The translations under genes were made by a program, and so were the position numbers. A stretch of 64,000 nucleotides of DNA, from positions 64,001 to 128,000 of the forward strand of contig JBBIPC010000002.1 of the NCBI GenBank assembly GCA_037443035.1, in the 5' to 3' direction. The DNA comes from Chthonomonadales bacterium (GTDB lineage Bacteria; Armatimonadota; Chthonomonadetes; Chthonomonadales; CAJBBX01). This document shows, piece after piece, positions 9,744-20,345 of the stretch. Position 1 is the first letter of the stretch; every line of letters begins with the position of its first letter. A model generated the notes under the pieces. That model did no database searches, was not told the DNA's origin, and saw nothing but the letters and a program-made list of their open reading frames with translations.

Positions 9744-10067
9744 GTGTACGCAATAGTCCGCACCGGCGGGAAGCAGTACAAAGTTGCCCCGAACACGGTG
9801 GTTTCGGTGGAGAAGCTCGACGCGCCGCCAGGCGAGGAATGCACGCTCGATGACGTGCTCATGGTAGCAGATGACGAGGGTCGGGTGCACATTGGCAAGC
9901 CTCGCGTGCCTGGTGCCAGCGTCAAAGCAGTGGTTCTGGACCAGTATCGCGGCAAGAAGATCCGCGGGCTGACATACAAGCCGAAGAAGAACGTCCGGCG
10001 TCGGTATGGTCATCGGCAATATCTGACGAAGCTCCGAGTGGTGGCGATCGTAGCAGGTGGCGAATAG
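9744..10067 (+). CDS. rplU: 50S ribosomal protein L21
   Basis: [14 protein letters not shown]...GHRQYLT; GGAGG RBS. Confidence 0.98.
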   Translation: MYAIVRTGGKQYKVAPNTVVSVEKLDAPPGEECTLDDVLMVADDEGRVHIGKPRVPGASVKAVVLDQYRGKKIRGLTYKPKKNVRRRYGHRQYLTKLRVVAIVAGGE

Positions 10068-10125
10068 GTCCGAGTACCTGCGGGCGCCATGCGCGGAGCA
10101 GGTCTGGAGAGAGTGGTGATAGAGA

Positions 10126-10407
10126 ATGGCACATAAGAAGGGTGTGGGTAGCTCACGGAACGGTCGCGATAGCAATCCGAAGCGTCTCGGTGTGAAGGAG
10201 TTCGCTGGCCAGACGGTGCGCACGGGAGCGATCCTAGTGCGCCAGAGGGGTACTCCGTTCAAGCCTGGCCGGAACGTCGGCGTTGGCAAAGATCATACGC
10301 TTTTCGCTCTGGTGGATGGTATCGTCCAATTCGAGGGTCCCAAGGACGCGCGACGGGTAAGCGTGTATCCGCTGGAGGCGGCGTCAACTCCTCCTGCGGA
10401 AGGATAG
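10126..10407 (+). CDS. rpmA: 50S ribosomal protein L27
   Basis: [24 protein letters not shown]. Confidence 0.98.
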   Translation: MAHKKGVGSSRNGRDSNPKRLGVKEFAGQTVRTGAILVRQRGTPFKPGRNVGVGKDHTLFALVDGIVQFEGPKDARRVSVYPLEAASTPPAEG

Positions 10408-10454
10408 GCCATACGCCGCTAGGCTCCTCTTCCCTAGCCTCATGGAAGCATCGA

Positions 10455-10485
10455 GTAGCCCGGACCGTATATGGGTTCGGGCTGC
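10455..10485 (+). terminator. Hairpin between rpmA and obgE (possible partial terminator or processing site)
   Basis: GTAGCCCGGACC / GGTTCGGGCTGC 12-bp stem with GU pairs; weak U tract. Confidence 0.35.
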
Positions 10486-10542
10486 GGCATTTCAGGCGTG
10501 GCTGCGAGGATGGGCCGAAGCCCGGCACGAGGCAGGTAGCTC

Positions 10543-11895
10543 ATGTTCATTGACCAGGTCGAGATAACCGTCGAGGCCGGTGCCGGTGGCAAGGGCGCTG
10601 CCACCTTTCGAAGAGAGAAGTTCGTGCCTCGTGGGGGTCCCAGTGGAGGCGATGGCGGACGCGGGGGCAGCATCATCCTCGAGGTGGATCCGGGGCTGGG
10701 AACGCTCTTGGACTTCCGCTACAACCGACGCTTCCGTGCTGCTGACGGAGAGGAAGGCCATGCGAAGAAGCGCTCGGGACGGGATGGGCAAGACGTCGTC
10801 ATCCGTGTGCCACCTGGAACCGTCGTTACAGACATGGAGACGGGCCAGGTTCTGGCTGACCTCGTGCGACCGGGTGACCGCGTGACGGTGGCCCGGGGTG
10901 GATCCGGCGGACGGGGCAATCTTCACTTCACCTCCTCTGTGCGACAGGCGCCCCACTTCGCCGAATTAGGTGAACCAGGGGAGAAGCGGCGGTTGCGCTT
11001 GGACCTGAAGCTTGTCGCGGACGTCGGCGTCATCGGCTTTCCCAGTGTTGGCAAGTCTAGCCTTATTGCTGCGGCGTCTGCCGCTCGGCCGAAGATCGCC
11101 GAGTATCCGTTCACAACCTTGACCCCGCATCTCGGCCTGGTCGCCATCGGTCCTGGTGAGTCCTTTGTACTGGCCGACATGCCCGGCCTCATCGAAGGTG
11201 CCCACGCGGGCGCGGGCCTAGGCGACCGTTTCCTGCGACATATCGAGCGCACGCTTGTTCTGATTCACATGCTCGACGTCTCTGGACTGTCCGGCAGGGA
11301 TCCGGCTCAGGACTTCCGCACGATCAACATGGAATTGGGCCTTCGCAGCGCCGACCTGGCAGCTCGCCCTCAGGTGATTGCACTGAACAAGATGGACGTG
11401 TGCGCCGACCTGGCCCTGGTGGAACGCCTAGAGAGGGAACTGGCCAGGAACGGATGGGAGGTGCACCGGATCTCCGCGGCAACGCACGCCGGTGTGAAAG
11501 AGCTGATACATGCCGTATGGCAGCGTGTCCGTCGTGCACGGTTGGAAAGTGCGGCCGTGCCAGTGGGGGGCGCGCTTCCTCAGCACGTTGTCATCCGCGG
11601 TCCATCTGAATCCGATGATAGGGCGTGGGAGGTGCAGCGGGAGGACGGAGGTGTTTGGATCATGCGTGGTAAGGCACTGGAACGGTTCGTTCAGCGTTGT
11701 GACCTGAATAACGAAGAGGCAGTACGGCACCTACAGCACATCTTCGAGCGCACCGGAGTGCACCGCCGGCTGCGAGAACTTGGAGCGAGCCACGGTGACA
11801 CCGTCCGCATCGGGGATTCGGAGTTCCTCTTCCACGATGAGGACGTCGAGGAGCTGGCGCCAAGCAGAAGGCGCAAGAAACGGGAGCCGGCCTGA
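10543..11895 (+). CDS. obgE: GTPase ObgE/CgtA
   Basis: FRREKFVPRGGPSGGDGG, GFPSVGKSS, YPFTT, DMPG, NKMD. Confidence 0.97.
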   Translation: MFIDQVEITVEAGAGGKGAATFRREKFVPRGGPSGGDGGRGGSIILEVDPGLGTLLDFRYNRRFRAADGEEGHAKKRSGRDGQDVVIRVPPGTVVTDMETGQVLADLVRPGDRVTVARGGSGGRGNLHFTSSVRQAPHFAELGEPGEKRRLRLDLKLVADVGVIGFPSVGKSSLIAAASAARPKIAEYPFTTLTPHLGLVAIGPGESFVLADMPGLIEGAHAGAGLGDRFLRHIERTLVLIHMLDVSGLSGRDPAQDFRTINMELGLRSADLAARPQVIALNKMDVCADLALVERLERELARNGWEVHRISAATHAGVKELIHAVWQRVRRARLESAAVPVGGALPQHVVIRGPSESDDRAWEVQREDGGVWIMRGKALERFVQRCDLNNEEAVRHLQHIFERTGVHRRLRELGASHGDTVRIGDSEFLFHDEDVEELAPSRRRKKREPA

Positions 11896-11962
11896 CGGAC
11901 ACTCGTCTAGAGGATGATCGTTTACAGTCGGTATGCCACCGTATCGGCGCTGCGCTACTGGC

Positions 11963-12093
11963 CGGCTCTCTGAAGAGGAACACTGGTGGAGGCCAGTTTC
12001 CACTGAAATAGACCGAACATAGAACATGAGTTAGCCACGTTTTTCGAGTTATCTGCCCAGTTTGCTGCATGAATCTTCAGAGGCCGTGCAGAA
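11963..12093 (+). ncRNA. Candidate structured cis-regulatory leader (glycine-aptamer-like) upstream of tdh
   Basis: CTCTGAAGAG-[hairpin]-CACTGAA...AATCTTCAG pattern; inverted repeat 11963-11976 / 12074-12086. Confidence 0.3.
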
Positions 12094-12132
12094 CCCAGGG
12101 ATGCAACCACGAACCACTCCGAGGCAACGCCA

Positions 12133-13167
12133 GTGAAAGCAATCGTCAAAGCAACACCCGGCCCAGGAGCCGAGATGCGGGAAGTAGCTGATCCTGTTCT
12201 CGAACGGCCGGATGAGGTGCTTGTTCGTCCCATCATGACCTCCATCTGCGGTACGGATTACCACGTCTACTCGTGGGACGCCTGGTCCGCCGGCCGGGTG
12301 AAGCCACCCCGCGTCATGGGCCATGAGTTCGTAGCCGAAGTTCTGGAAGTTGGCGAGGATGTAGCGCACCTCCAACCTGGCGATACGGTCTCCGGCGAGA
12401 GTCACAGGGTATGCGGCGTGTGCCTGCAATGTAGGATCGGCCAAGGGCATGTATGCGCCAACACGCGCATTTTCGGTGTGGATGCCGACGGTTGCTTCTC
12501 GGAACGCCTCGTAGTCCCACAATCCAGCTTGTGGAAGAATCCTCCAGGTCTGCCTCTGGAGTTGGCCTGCATTCAGGATCCATTAGGCAACGCCGTGCAT
12601 GCGGTTCTAGCCGACGAGATAGCCGGTCGTAGCTGCGTGGTGCTCGGGTGCGGTCCCATCGGCGTCATGGCCATCGCAGTTGCTCGGGCGTGCGGCGCCT
12701 CCACGATCCTTGCAACCGACACGAAGCCCTATCGGCTGGACCTTGCCCGACGCCTCGGCGCAGATGTTGTCGCAAACGTCAATGAGACAGATGTTCTCAG
12801 GGCTGTTCGCAGCGTAGCCCCGGAGGGAGCGGATGTCGTACTGGAGATGTCCGGAGCACCTTCGGCCATTCAGACGGCTTTCAGGGCAGCACGGCGCGGT
12901 GGGCGCGTCTCGCTCATGGGTATCCCCTCACAGCCGGTCGAGCTGGACGTGGCCGAAGACCTGGTCATGAAGGGCCTTATGATCCATTGCATCGTCGGTC
13001 GCCGGCTCTACGGCACGTGGGCAACCATGAACGCGCTGCTAGCCTCAGGACGACTCGACATCGCTCCAGTCATCACCCACCAGCTGGACTGGACGGACTT
13101 CGCGCAGGGGATGGACCTCATGCGCCAGGGGCAGTGCGGTAAAGTACTCCTGCGCATGCCGGACTGA
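12133..13167 (+). CDS. tdh: L-threonine 3-dehydrogenase
   Basis: ICGTDYHVYSWDAWS, GHEF, GESHRVCGVCLQC, DPLGNAVH, GCGPIG, LEMSG. Confidence 0.9.
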   Translation: MKAIVKATPGPGAEMREVADPVLERPDEVLVRPIMTSICGTDYHVYSWDAWSAGRVKPPRVMGHEFVAEVLEVGEDVAHLQPGDTVSGESHRVCGVCLQCRIGQGHVCANTRIFGVDADGCFSERLVVPQSSLWKNPPGLPLELACIQDPLGNAVHAVLADEIAGRSCVVLGCGPIGVMAIAVARACGASTILATDTKPYRLDLARRLGADVVANVNETDVLRAVRSVAPEGADVVLEMSGAPSAIQTAFRAARRGGRVSLMGIPSQPVELDVAEDLVMKGLMIHCIVGRRLYGTWATMNALLASGRLDIAPVITHQLDWTDFAQGMDLMRQGQCGKVLLRMPD

Positions 13168-13209
13168 CGGTCCCGCCGCCCACGCCGCTTACAGGAAGTC
13201 CATCCGGCG

Positions 13210-15810
13210 CTAAGGACGAGGACCTGATTCGCCTGGCTTCACGCGCACGAGGCCTACGTCTATGTATTGGCCGCCCGTTGTCTGGCGGCAGTGCACTGCT
13301 AACGTATTCCGTCCCTGCCTGAGCGTCGCGAGTGCAGCGGGGTGGACATCCACTTCCCCGTACTCCGTGACGTAACCGCTCAGGCGAGCTGCCAGGACTC
13401 CGTTGAGGTAGATCTCGACATCCTCGTCGTGATGAACCCACAGGTGGAGATCGCGGAGTACCTCTCGGCCAAGGTCGAAGGAACGCCTCAGCCAGATCTC
13501 ACGTGTGTTCCAGACCGTACCGACCCTAGAGCCCGGCGTCCAAGGAGTGCCGAATCCAGCGTGCCCCTCGGACCACGACGCGTCCTCGAACCCGGGCTGT
13601 TCCCAGCCAGCAGGCGGCTGCTGCAGAGCGTAACGCCACAGGGGTGGATCAGGCGCCATGTCGGCCGCCGGTACGACCATCTCCAACGCTTGGGGCGACG
13701 GTAAGGGTGCCCAGGGTCCGGGTCTGAATCGGTCTCGCATAGCCCATCGCCGCCAAACCTGCGTATCATACAGCAGCTTGACAAAGACTCCACCCACCAC
13801 GGGACGTGCACGGAAGCCAACGCAATCCCCTGTCTTGGTGTCGAACCAGTCCGTCATGGGCACCCGCGATTTCGTCTCGTTGAGCCACGCCGCAATGGGA
13901 GCCATCAACGCATCGAAGTCTTCCCGTCTACCACTCAGGCAGGCGCTCCAGACCGTCCAGTCGAGCTTGGTGTAGTCTTTCCGGCTGTCTAGAGGGAGAC
14001 CGTACCGGTTCTGGACGCGTCGGTACCACTCGGTCTCTGTCCGGAGAACGTCCTCGGGAAACAAGTCGAATCCCAGGATGCGATCCCACACCAGGTTGTA
14101 CTTCTGACTCCACGTTCCCGGCCTATCGAATGCCAGACGGTACCTGCCGTCGTCCCGGGCTTGCCGGACCCATCGTTCTGCGAACTCGTGCGCGAGTTTT
14201 CGGTAGTCCTCTGCGCTCTGTTTGTCGCCTCGCATATCGCAGAGCAACCCGTAGGAAGCCAGACCCAGAATGGCCTTGGCCGAGAGATTCACGTTGTGGG
14301 CCAGGTGACCAGCGAAGTCATCTGTGCAGAGCTGGTTTTCCGGATCGAACCCCTTCTCGCGCAGATACTCTGCCCATCGCTGCAGTTGGGGCCAGTAGCG
14401 CTGCGCGAATTCCGTAGTTCCCTCGATCTTGGCGAGCGCAGCCATGAGGATCAGCATGTTCCCCGATTCCTCGACTGGCATCTGGTTCTCCTCGGTCTTC
14501 TCACCTCCGCCATAGACCTGTCCGTTGGCTTTGGGGTAGGTGCCGAGATCGTGGGGCGCGAACGGCCAATTCCATCTTGGGGAAGCCGCATAGTCGAGAA
14601 CCGGTACCAGCATCGCCTTGGCGAGCGTGGGAGAGAAGAGTAGGAACTGCGGCGCCATGGGGTAGATGACGTCAACAGTGGCGATGCAGCCGTTGCTGAA
14701 GTTCTCCTTCGGGAACAGGAGAGGTTGGCCAGCCGCATCGGCCACCAGCTTGTTCCCGGCGAACGCCTGGCGATATGCCAGGACACATACGCGCCGGTAT
14801 GCCTCGCCACCCGCTGCGAGCAGGTCCGCCTCCAAATCGGCGTCGAACCGAACACACGCCGTCGTCAGGCGGTCTTCGTCTCTCGCGGCATCCTGCAAGA
14901 GTTGGGTGATGTCCTTGCCCTTGCGACGCCAGTATGGCCGTAGCTTCGTCCGGAAGTACTCGATGCTGTAGAGGTCGTCATACGCTATCAGCACAGTTCG
15001 GCGGGTTAGCCTCTTCCCCACTCTTCCCAAGTCAAACGCACACGACAGCACCGGTGTATCGTCGTCGGCACGGCGAGACGATCGGGTGTCATCCGCTTCC
15101 GGCAACTCGCCCGTGCTGTAGAAGCGCTCCCGAGCCGAGGACGGGATTACCGCCATCTGGACCTGGCTGTTTCTCTCAGCCGCTACGTACAGATGTCCCC
15201 AGTCAATGCGGAGGTTATCACCCTTCTTGGCTAGCACAGGCTGGTCCACCGTACCCACCTTCAGCGCGGTAAGCGAGCCGACGGTAATCCGCGCCCATTC
15301 GACGATCTGCTCCGGCGTATTCACCGCCAGCACCGCCGACGCATCGAAACCTATCTGCACGGCATGGCCCTGGCCATCCGCCGACTGCACGGCCCAGGTG
15401 GTGTACGTGATCGGTCGTGCCAGCACGTCCAGATCGTACGGCAGCGCAGGCGTCAGGAAGGTCAACGTCACTCTCACGCCGGCAGCCTCGAACGTGTAGA
15501 CAGTACGCGTGGGATGGACTTCCAGGGAGGTCTGGCGCATGGCAGGAATGGCTGCCGGTTCGTACCCCATGATGCGGAACGGCTGGCCATCTACGCGGAC
15601 GACGCTCGTCAAAGGCTGCGGTGCACCGGTCCAGTGGATGGTTTGCGCGTCGGTGAGCCTGTCTGCCGGCGACCACACGCTGAAATATGGGTCGTGAGTC
15701 ACGAGCGGCACTGCAGGCGGACGGAGAGGCGCAATCTCGGCCATCGCTGGAGCCGCCGTGCCAACGGCAAGTACGAATAGGACTAGCAAGGGAATGCAGT
15801 AGGATTGCAT
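13210..15810 (-). CDS. Secreted GtaA-like ('glutaminase A', DUF5127/DUF4965/DUF1793-type) protein with C-terminal sugar-binding-like domain
   Basis: Signal peptide; RPPAVPLVTHDPYFSVWS, KENFSNGCIATVDV, APHDLGTYP, MPVEESGNM, CTDDFAG, YTKLDW; AGGAGG RBS. Confidence 0.8.
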   Translation of the reverse strand: MQSYCIPLLVLFVLAVGTAAPAMAEIAPLRPPAVPLVTHDPYFSVWSPADRLTDAQTIHWTGAPQPLTSVVRVDGQPFRIMGYEPAAIPAMRQTSLEVHPTRTVYTFEAAGVRVTLTFLTPALPYDLDVLARPITYTTWAVQSADGQGHAVQIGFDASAVLAVNTPEQIVEWARITVGSLTALKVGTVDQPVLAKKGDNLRIDWGHLYVAAERNSQVQMAVIPSSARERFYSTGELPEADDTRSSRRADDDTPVLSCAFDLGRVGKRLTRRTVLIAYDDLYSIEYFRTKLRPYWRRKGKDITQLLQDAARDEDRLTTACVRFDADLEADLLAAGGEAYRRVCVLAYRQAFAGNKLVADAAGQPLLFPKENFSNGCIATVDVIYPMAPQFLLFSPTLAKAMLVPVLDYAASPRWNWPFAPHDLGTYPKANGQVYGGGEKTEENQMPVEESGNMLILMAALAKIEGTTEFAQRYWPQLQRWAEYLREKGFDPENQLCTDDFAGHLAHNVNLSAKAILGLASYGLLCDMRGDKQSAEDYRKLAHEFAERWVRQARDDGRYRLAFDRPGTWSQKYNLVWDRILGFDLFPEDVLRTETEWYRRVQNRYGLPLDSRKDYTKLDWTVWSACLSGRREDFDALMAPIAAWLNETKSRVPMTDWFDTKTGDCVGFRARPVVGGVFVKLLYDTQVWRRWAMRDRFRPGPWAPLPSPQALEMVVPAADMAPDPPLWRYALQQPPAGWEQPGFEDASWSEGHAGFGTPWTPGSRVGTVWNTREIWLRRSFDLGREVLRDLHLWVHHDEDVEIYLNGVLAARLSGYVTEYGEVDVHPAALATLRQGRNTLAVHCRQTTGGQYIDVGLVRVKPGESGPRP

Positions 15811-15984
15811 GGGACTGGTCCTCCTGATAGCGGCTCTAGGATACCAAATCATCTCGTCTCGGAAGCGCATTCCTGCCGGTCGCAGCGCGCTCGCAGACTT
15901 GTCGAGAGGACTTGCAGGGCCCCATGCAGAAGTTCGCCTCGGTATCCGGCAACCAGATATCGAATGTGCAGCGAGGAGATCTCT

Positions 15985-16998
15985 ATGGCCACAACTCTTC
16001 GAATAGCTTTCGTAGGCGCTGGCAACATGGCACGCGAGCACACGAAGGCACTCCTGCAGCACCCAGAGGCCGACATCGTCGCATATGCCGACACGGAAGC
16101 CAACAAGTGCGCAGACAGGATCAGGCAAGTCCAGGAAGCGCGCCCCGACGCTCAGCCGCAAGCGTTCTCCGACGCAGTCGCCATGCTGCATACCGTGGCA
16201 CCAGATGCGACCTACATCGTCGTGCCGCCGTTCGGGCATGGCCCTGCCGAACTCACTTGTGTAGAACTGGGCATCCCCTTCTTCGCAGAGAAGCCCGTCG
16301 GTCTGGACTGGGGACTGACGCGGGAGATCGCGACTGCGGTGCGGTCCGCAGGACTGCTCACTTGCGTGGGCTATATGAACCGATACCGCAAGGGAGTGCA
16401 GACAGCCAAGAAGGTCCTCGAGTCAGATCCTCCAGTGTTGCTCCATGGCGGCTGGGTCGGCGGGTCCCCTGGACCGGGCTCTTGGTGGATCCAGAAGGCA
16501 CTGAGCGGTGGCCAGATGGTCGAGCAGAGCACCCATACGTTCGATCTGGTGCGTTACCTGGCCGGCGAAGCCACGGAGGTGTTCGCGCATGCTGCAGTGG
16601 GCTTCAACCGTGGCATCCCCGGGTACGACATCGAAGATGCCAGCGCTGTAACCATTCATCTAGTGAATGGCGGGGTAGCCGTCTTGCTTTCGTGCTGCGC
16701 TGCCAATGGTGGAGGAGGCGGGGTGTGGCTGAGCGTGTTCACCCCCAACACAACCTTCCTCTTCACCGGTTGGGAACACAGAGTCCGCGTGATGACCGCC
16801 TCGCAGCCACCAGAGGACATTGCTGGCGAGCCGGACATCTTCGCCATCGAGGATCGCGTCTTCCTCGATGCCGTGCGGAATGGCGATGCCAGCCAGGTCC
16901 TCTCCAGCTACGAAGACGGTGCACGAACGCTGGCTCTCACTCTTGCTGCAGAGGAGTCCCTCCGCACCGGCAGGGCTGTTGCGCCAGCGCAACTGTAA
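15985..16998 (+). CDS. Gfo/Idh/MocA family oxidoreductase
   Basis: FVGAGNMA, EKP, SGGQMVEQSTH; GAGGAG RBS. Confidence 0.9.
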   Translation: MATTLRIAFVGAGNMAREHTKALLQHPEADIVAYADTEANKCADRIRQVQEARPDAQPQAFSDAVAMLHTVAPDATYIVVPPFGHGPAELTCVELGIPFFAEKPVGLDWGLTREIATAVRSAGLLTCVGYMNRYRKGVQTAKKVLESDPPVLLHGGWVGGSPGPGSWWIQKALSGGQMVEQSTHTFDLVRYLAGEATEVFAHAAVGFNRGIPGYDIEDASAVTIHLVNGGVAVLLSCCAANGGGGGVWLSVFTPNTTFLFTGWEHRVRVMTASQPPEDIAGEPDIFAIEDRVFLDAVRNGDASQVLSSYEDGARTLALTLAAEESLRTGRAVAPAQL

Positions 16999-17043
16999 GC
17001 TCGCAAGGGGTGCGCCGAAACGCTCTGCACCCCATACCTTACG

Positions 17044-19515
17044 CTAGATACCAAGGCGGTAGCGACGCACCACCTCGGCGCTATCAGCGGGTCGTCTGGG
17101 CGTGTAGCCCTTCAGAGGCAGAATGTTGGCATGGATGGCGTCCAGGATATCTACTGGATAGGGGAAGAAGCTCTCCTCTATCTCGTCGGGTGGGGTGATC
17201 CAGTTCTTCGCACCGACAACGACGGGAGGCGCATCTAGGTAGTCGAAGGCGAGCTGGCCGATCTTGGCCGCCATCGTTTGAATGGCACTCCCCCGTTCGC
17301 ACGCGTCGGATGCCAGCACGATGCGGCCGGTCTTCTGAACCGACTCTACGACTGGCCTGAAATCGAACGGCACCAACGTTCGCGCGTCTATGACTTCGGC
17401 CGAGAGGCCAAAGTCAGCCTCCAGTTGCTTCGCTGCATCCAGGGCGCGGTATAGCGTGGCACCCACTGTCAGGATGGTGATGTCCTTGCCGCTCCGCTTG
17501 ATGTCTGGCTCGCCAAGGGGGACCGTGTAGAAGCCCTCTGGAACGCCCCCTGGATGGAACAACTCCGGCTGGTCGTAGATGCGCTGGCTCTCGAAGAAGA
17601 CAACAGGATCCGTGCCGGTGAGCGCTGAATACATGAGGCCCTTGGCGTCGTACGGTGTCGCCGGGAACACGACCTTCAGGCCGGGTATGTGGTAGCAGAG
17701 AGCCGTCCAATCTTGACTGTGCTGCGCACCATACTTGGAGCCTACCGAAACGCGCACCACCACCGGCATCTTCAAGAGGCCACCGGACATGGCCTGCCAC
17801 TTGGAGAGCTGATTGAACACCTCGTCTCCAGCGCGACCCAAGAAGTCGCAGTACATCAGTTCCACCAGCGCGCGACCACCTTCCAGCGCGTAGCCCACCG
17901 CGGTTCCCACTATGGCGCCTTCTGAGATGGGTGTGTTGAAGAGACGATGGTACGGCAGTGCTTCCGTCAGGCCGCGATAGACTCCGAACGCGCCTCCCCA
18001 ATCGCGGTTCTCCTCGCCGTAGGCAACGAGTGTAGGATCCTTGTAGAATCGGTCCAGGATAGCCTCGAACAGGGCATCGCGGATGCCAATGCATCTGCCC
18101 TTCGGCAGTGGTTGTCCGTTCTCGTCAAGGCCCGAACGGCTCCGGCCAGCGAGCTGCTTCACTCTTGGATTGTCGGCCATCGAGATGAGCGTCTCCGGCG
18201 TTCGTTGCTCGTCCATGGTCTCGATGACCTGGTTGGAAAACATCGTACGATCGAGCAGGCAGTCGAAAGCGAAGAGGTTTGTGCGTGGCGATAGCTCCAG
18301 ATCGATCGCTAGCTTGTAGGCTCGGAGCACACGCTCTTCGGCTTCTTTCTGGATCTCAGCGAGCCTTGCCTCGTCGGCCAGCCCCGCATCCTGGAGCTGA
18401 CGAGCGTAGGACTCGATGGAGTCCACCTGCTGCCATTCTTCGACCTCGGCCTTGTCGCGATAGGAGGAGGCGTCGGACGGAGAGTGCCCTGTATAACGGT
18501 AAGTGAGAACGTCCAGCAGTACGGGCCCATGGCCCTGGGAAATGAGATCCTTCTTGCGCGCCATGGCGTCAATGACCGCCAGGGGGTTGTAACCATCCAC
18601 GCGTTCGGCATGCATCTGGTCTGGCGTGAGACCGGCCCCGACTCTGGCCAGGACATTGAAGCCCATGGTCTCGCCAACCGGCTGGCCACCCATCCCGTAG
18701 AAGTTGTTCACGAAGTTCAGGATGAACGGTAGACCGCCACGATGAGCCTCATCCCAGAGGGTCTTGTACTGGTCCATGGTGGCGAAGCATAGCGCCTCCC
18801 ACACAGGCCCGCAACCCATGGCGCCGTCTCCAATGTTGCAGACGACAATCCCGGGTCGGTGATTCACCTTCTTGAACAGCGCTGCGCCCACGGCAATGTC
18901 CGCCGATCCTCCCACGATGGCGTTGTTCGGGAAAACGCCAAACGGGGTGAAGAACGCATGCATGGAGCCGCCCATACCGCGGTTGAAGCCGGCCTCGCGA
19001 CCGAAGATCTCCGCCAGAGTTCCGTAAAGCAGGTAGTCCACCGCCACCGATCGAGTCGATCCTGACGCGGCTTTCTCGACTACAGCCAGCGTGGCGCCGT
19101 CAAGGTAGCTCTTCATAATCTGCTCGAGGGCATCCTCGTCGAGCTTCTCGATGGCCGACAGCCCCTTGGCGAGGATCTCTCCATGGCTGCGATGGCTGCC
19201 GAAGATATGATCCTCCACATCGAGGAGAAACGCTTGCCCGACGGCTTCAGCCTCCTGGCCGATGCTGAGATGGGCAGGCCCGCGGTGATCGTAGGGGATG
19301 TCGGCATATTGCCCAGTCTTCTTCACCTTGTCCAGCATTGTCTCGAACGTACGGATAAAGACCATGTCCCTGTAGATCCGAAGCAGGGAATCCGGCGAGT
19401 ATCGGGACAGCTCGTCCTTGACGGTGCCGGAGTACTGGCAGAGCGGGATAGGATCGAATTCCACGAAGCCGGGCTTGCGGACCTCGGAGGGATGGATCGG
19501 GATGGACTTGGGCAT
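17044..19515 (-). CDS. Fused 2-oxoacid dehydrogenase E1 alpha/beta subunit (TPP-dependent)
   Basis: [19 protein letters not shown]...NN TPP motif, [28 protein letters not shown]. Confidence 0.9.
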   Translation of the reverse strand: MPKSIPIHPSEVRKPGFVEFDPIPLCQYSGTVKDELSRYSPDSLLRIYRDMVFIRTFETMLDKVKKTGQYADIPYDHRGPAHLSIGQEAEAVGQAFLLDVEDHIFGSHRSHGEILAKGLSAIEKLDEDALEQIMKSYLDGATLAVVEKAASGSTRSVAVDYLLYGTLAEIFGREAGFNRGMGGSMHAFFTPFGVFPNNAIVGGSADIAVGAALFKKVNHRPGIVVCNIGDGAMGCGPVWEALCFATMDQYKTLWDEAHRGGLPFILNFVNNFYGMGGQPVGETMGFNVLARVGAGLTPDQMHAERVDGYNPLAVIDAMARKKDLISQGHGPVLLDVLTYRYTGHSPSDASSYRDKAEVEEWQQVDSIESYARQLQDAGLADEARLAEIQKEAEERVLRAYKLAIDLELSPRTNLFAFDCLLDRTMFSNQVIETMDEQRTPETLISMADNPRVKQLAGRSRSGLDENGQPLPKGRCIGIRDALFEAILDRFYKDPTLVAYGEENRDWGGAFGVYRGLTEALPYHRLFNTPISEGAIVGTAVGYALEGGRALVELMYCDFLGRAGDEVFNQLSKWQAMSGGLLKMPVVVRVSVGSKYGAQHSQDWTALCYHIPGLKVVFPATPYDAKGLMYSALTGTDPVVFFESQRIYDQPELFHPGGVPEGFYTVPLGEPDIKRSGKDITILTVGATLYRALDAAKQLEADFGLSAEVIDARTLVPFDFRPVVESVQKTGRIVLASDACERGSAIQTMAAKIGQLAFDYLDAPPVVVGAKNWITPPDEIEESFFPYPVDILDAIHANILPLKGYTPRRPADSAEVVRRYRLGI

Positions 19516-20231
19516 CAGTGAACTCCTCTCGTATTGCTGGGACCTTCCTTCAGGGCGTCTCGAAAGAACGCCTCCAGGATACGCTTGCCGTCCGGAAAGC
19601 GTTCGGTGTATTCCTCGGGATGGAACTGGACTCCAAGCAGCGGCCGGTCCCCGTGGCGCATAGCTTGGATGCGGCATTCTTCTGTGGATGCCAGATGCAG
19701 AAACCCGGGAGGCAACTGCTTGACTTCACAGTAATGGGACTCCATGACGACCGGTGGTGTGCTGCACGCCCGGAAGATCGGGTCTTCCGTGAGTACGGTG
19801 AGTGGGTAGAAGCCTCTCTCCATGAAGTACTCGGGATGGTAGTCCGGGTTCACAATCGGCTCGCCAGAACGCCGAAGTCGCATCGGCTCGTCATGCAACA
19901 CGCCACCTGGTGCCAGCCTCCCGTTGAAGATGAAACCGACAAGCTGATGCGAGCCACATACCGCGAGCGTGGGCACCGACGTGCCATTCATGAGCCAGTC
20001 GGCCACATTGTCGAACGCGCCAGGTTCGTACGTCTGGAAGGAACTAGCGAAGCCGCTCATGATAACGGCCCCAGGTTCCAGACTGTCCATAAGAGCTCTC
20101 GTTGCTATGTCGAACGGCAAGATCAGGCAGCGTTGCCTGGAGATCTCCTCGAAACGAGCTGCATGTCGAGCATAGGTGGCGGCCCAGTCAGGCCTCTCGT
20201 GGCTCTGTGCGAAGGTGATGTAAACGATCAT
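19515..20231 (-). CDS. Class I glutamine amidotransferase-like protein
   Basis: AVCGSHQL nucleophile elbow and QFHPE; TGATG overlap with the E1 gene. Confidence 0.85.
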   Translation of the reverse strand: MIVYITFAQSHERPDWAATYARHAARFEEISRQRCLILPFDIATRALMDSLEPGAVIMSGFASSFQTYEPGAFDNVADWLMNGTSVPTLAVCGSHQLVGFIFNGRLAPGGVLHDEPMRLRRSGEPIVNPDYHPEYFMERGFYPLTVLTEDPIFRACSTPPVVMESHYCEVKQLPPGFLHLASTEECRIQAMRHGDRPLLGVQFHPEEYTERFPDGKRILEAFFRDALKEGPSNTRGVH

Positions 20232-20268
20232 TAGGTCGGGCTTACTGGTGCTCCGTCGTCGTTGGGCC

Positions 20269-20345
20269 TTGACAAGGAGCCTTCACATGCGTATGATACG
20301 CGAAAATCCGAAAGTAAATCAAGTGTCTTCGCAAGTATTCGAAAG
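20269..20345. promoter_or_regulatory. Overlapping divergent promoters and candidate DeoR operator repeats
   Basis: Plus: TTGACA (20269)-17-TATGAT (20292); minus: TTGATT (20322)-18-TATCAT (20298); repeats TCCGAAAG, TTCGCAAG, TTCGAAAG. Confidence 0.7.

Noticed and set aside
10068..10125. Missing prp protease gene between rplU and rpmA
   Set aside because: L27 starts at MAHKK with no N-terminal extension, so Prp is not needed
12014..12027. GAACAT-A-GAACAT direct repeat as a LexA box
   Set aside because: Matches neither CGAAC-N4-GTTCG nor GAAC-N7-GAAC spacing
15811..16239. N-terminal extension of the 1009-aa ORF
   Set aside because: Overlaps the divergent oxidoreductase; RBS and signal peptide place the start at 15810
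15912..17198. 428-aa alternative-frame ORF and other long shadow ORFs (e.g. 38922-40166, 28092-29060)
   Set aside because: They overlap well-supported genes, show no motifs, and are expected at high GC
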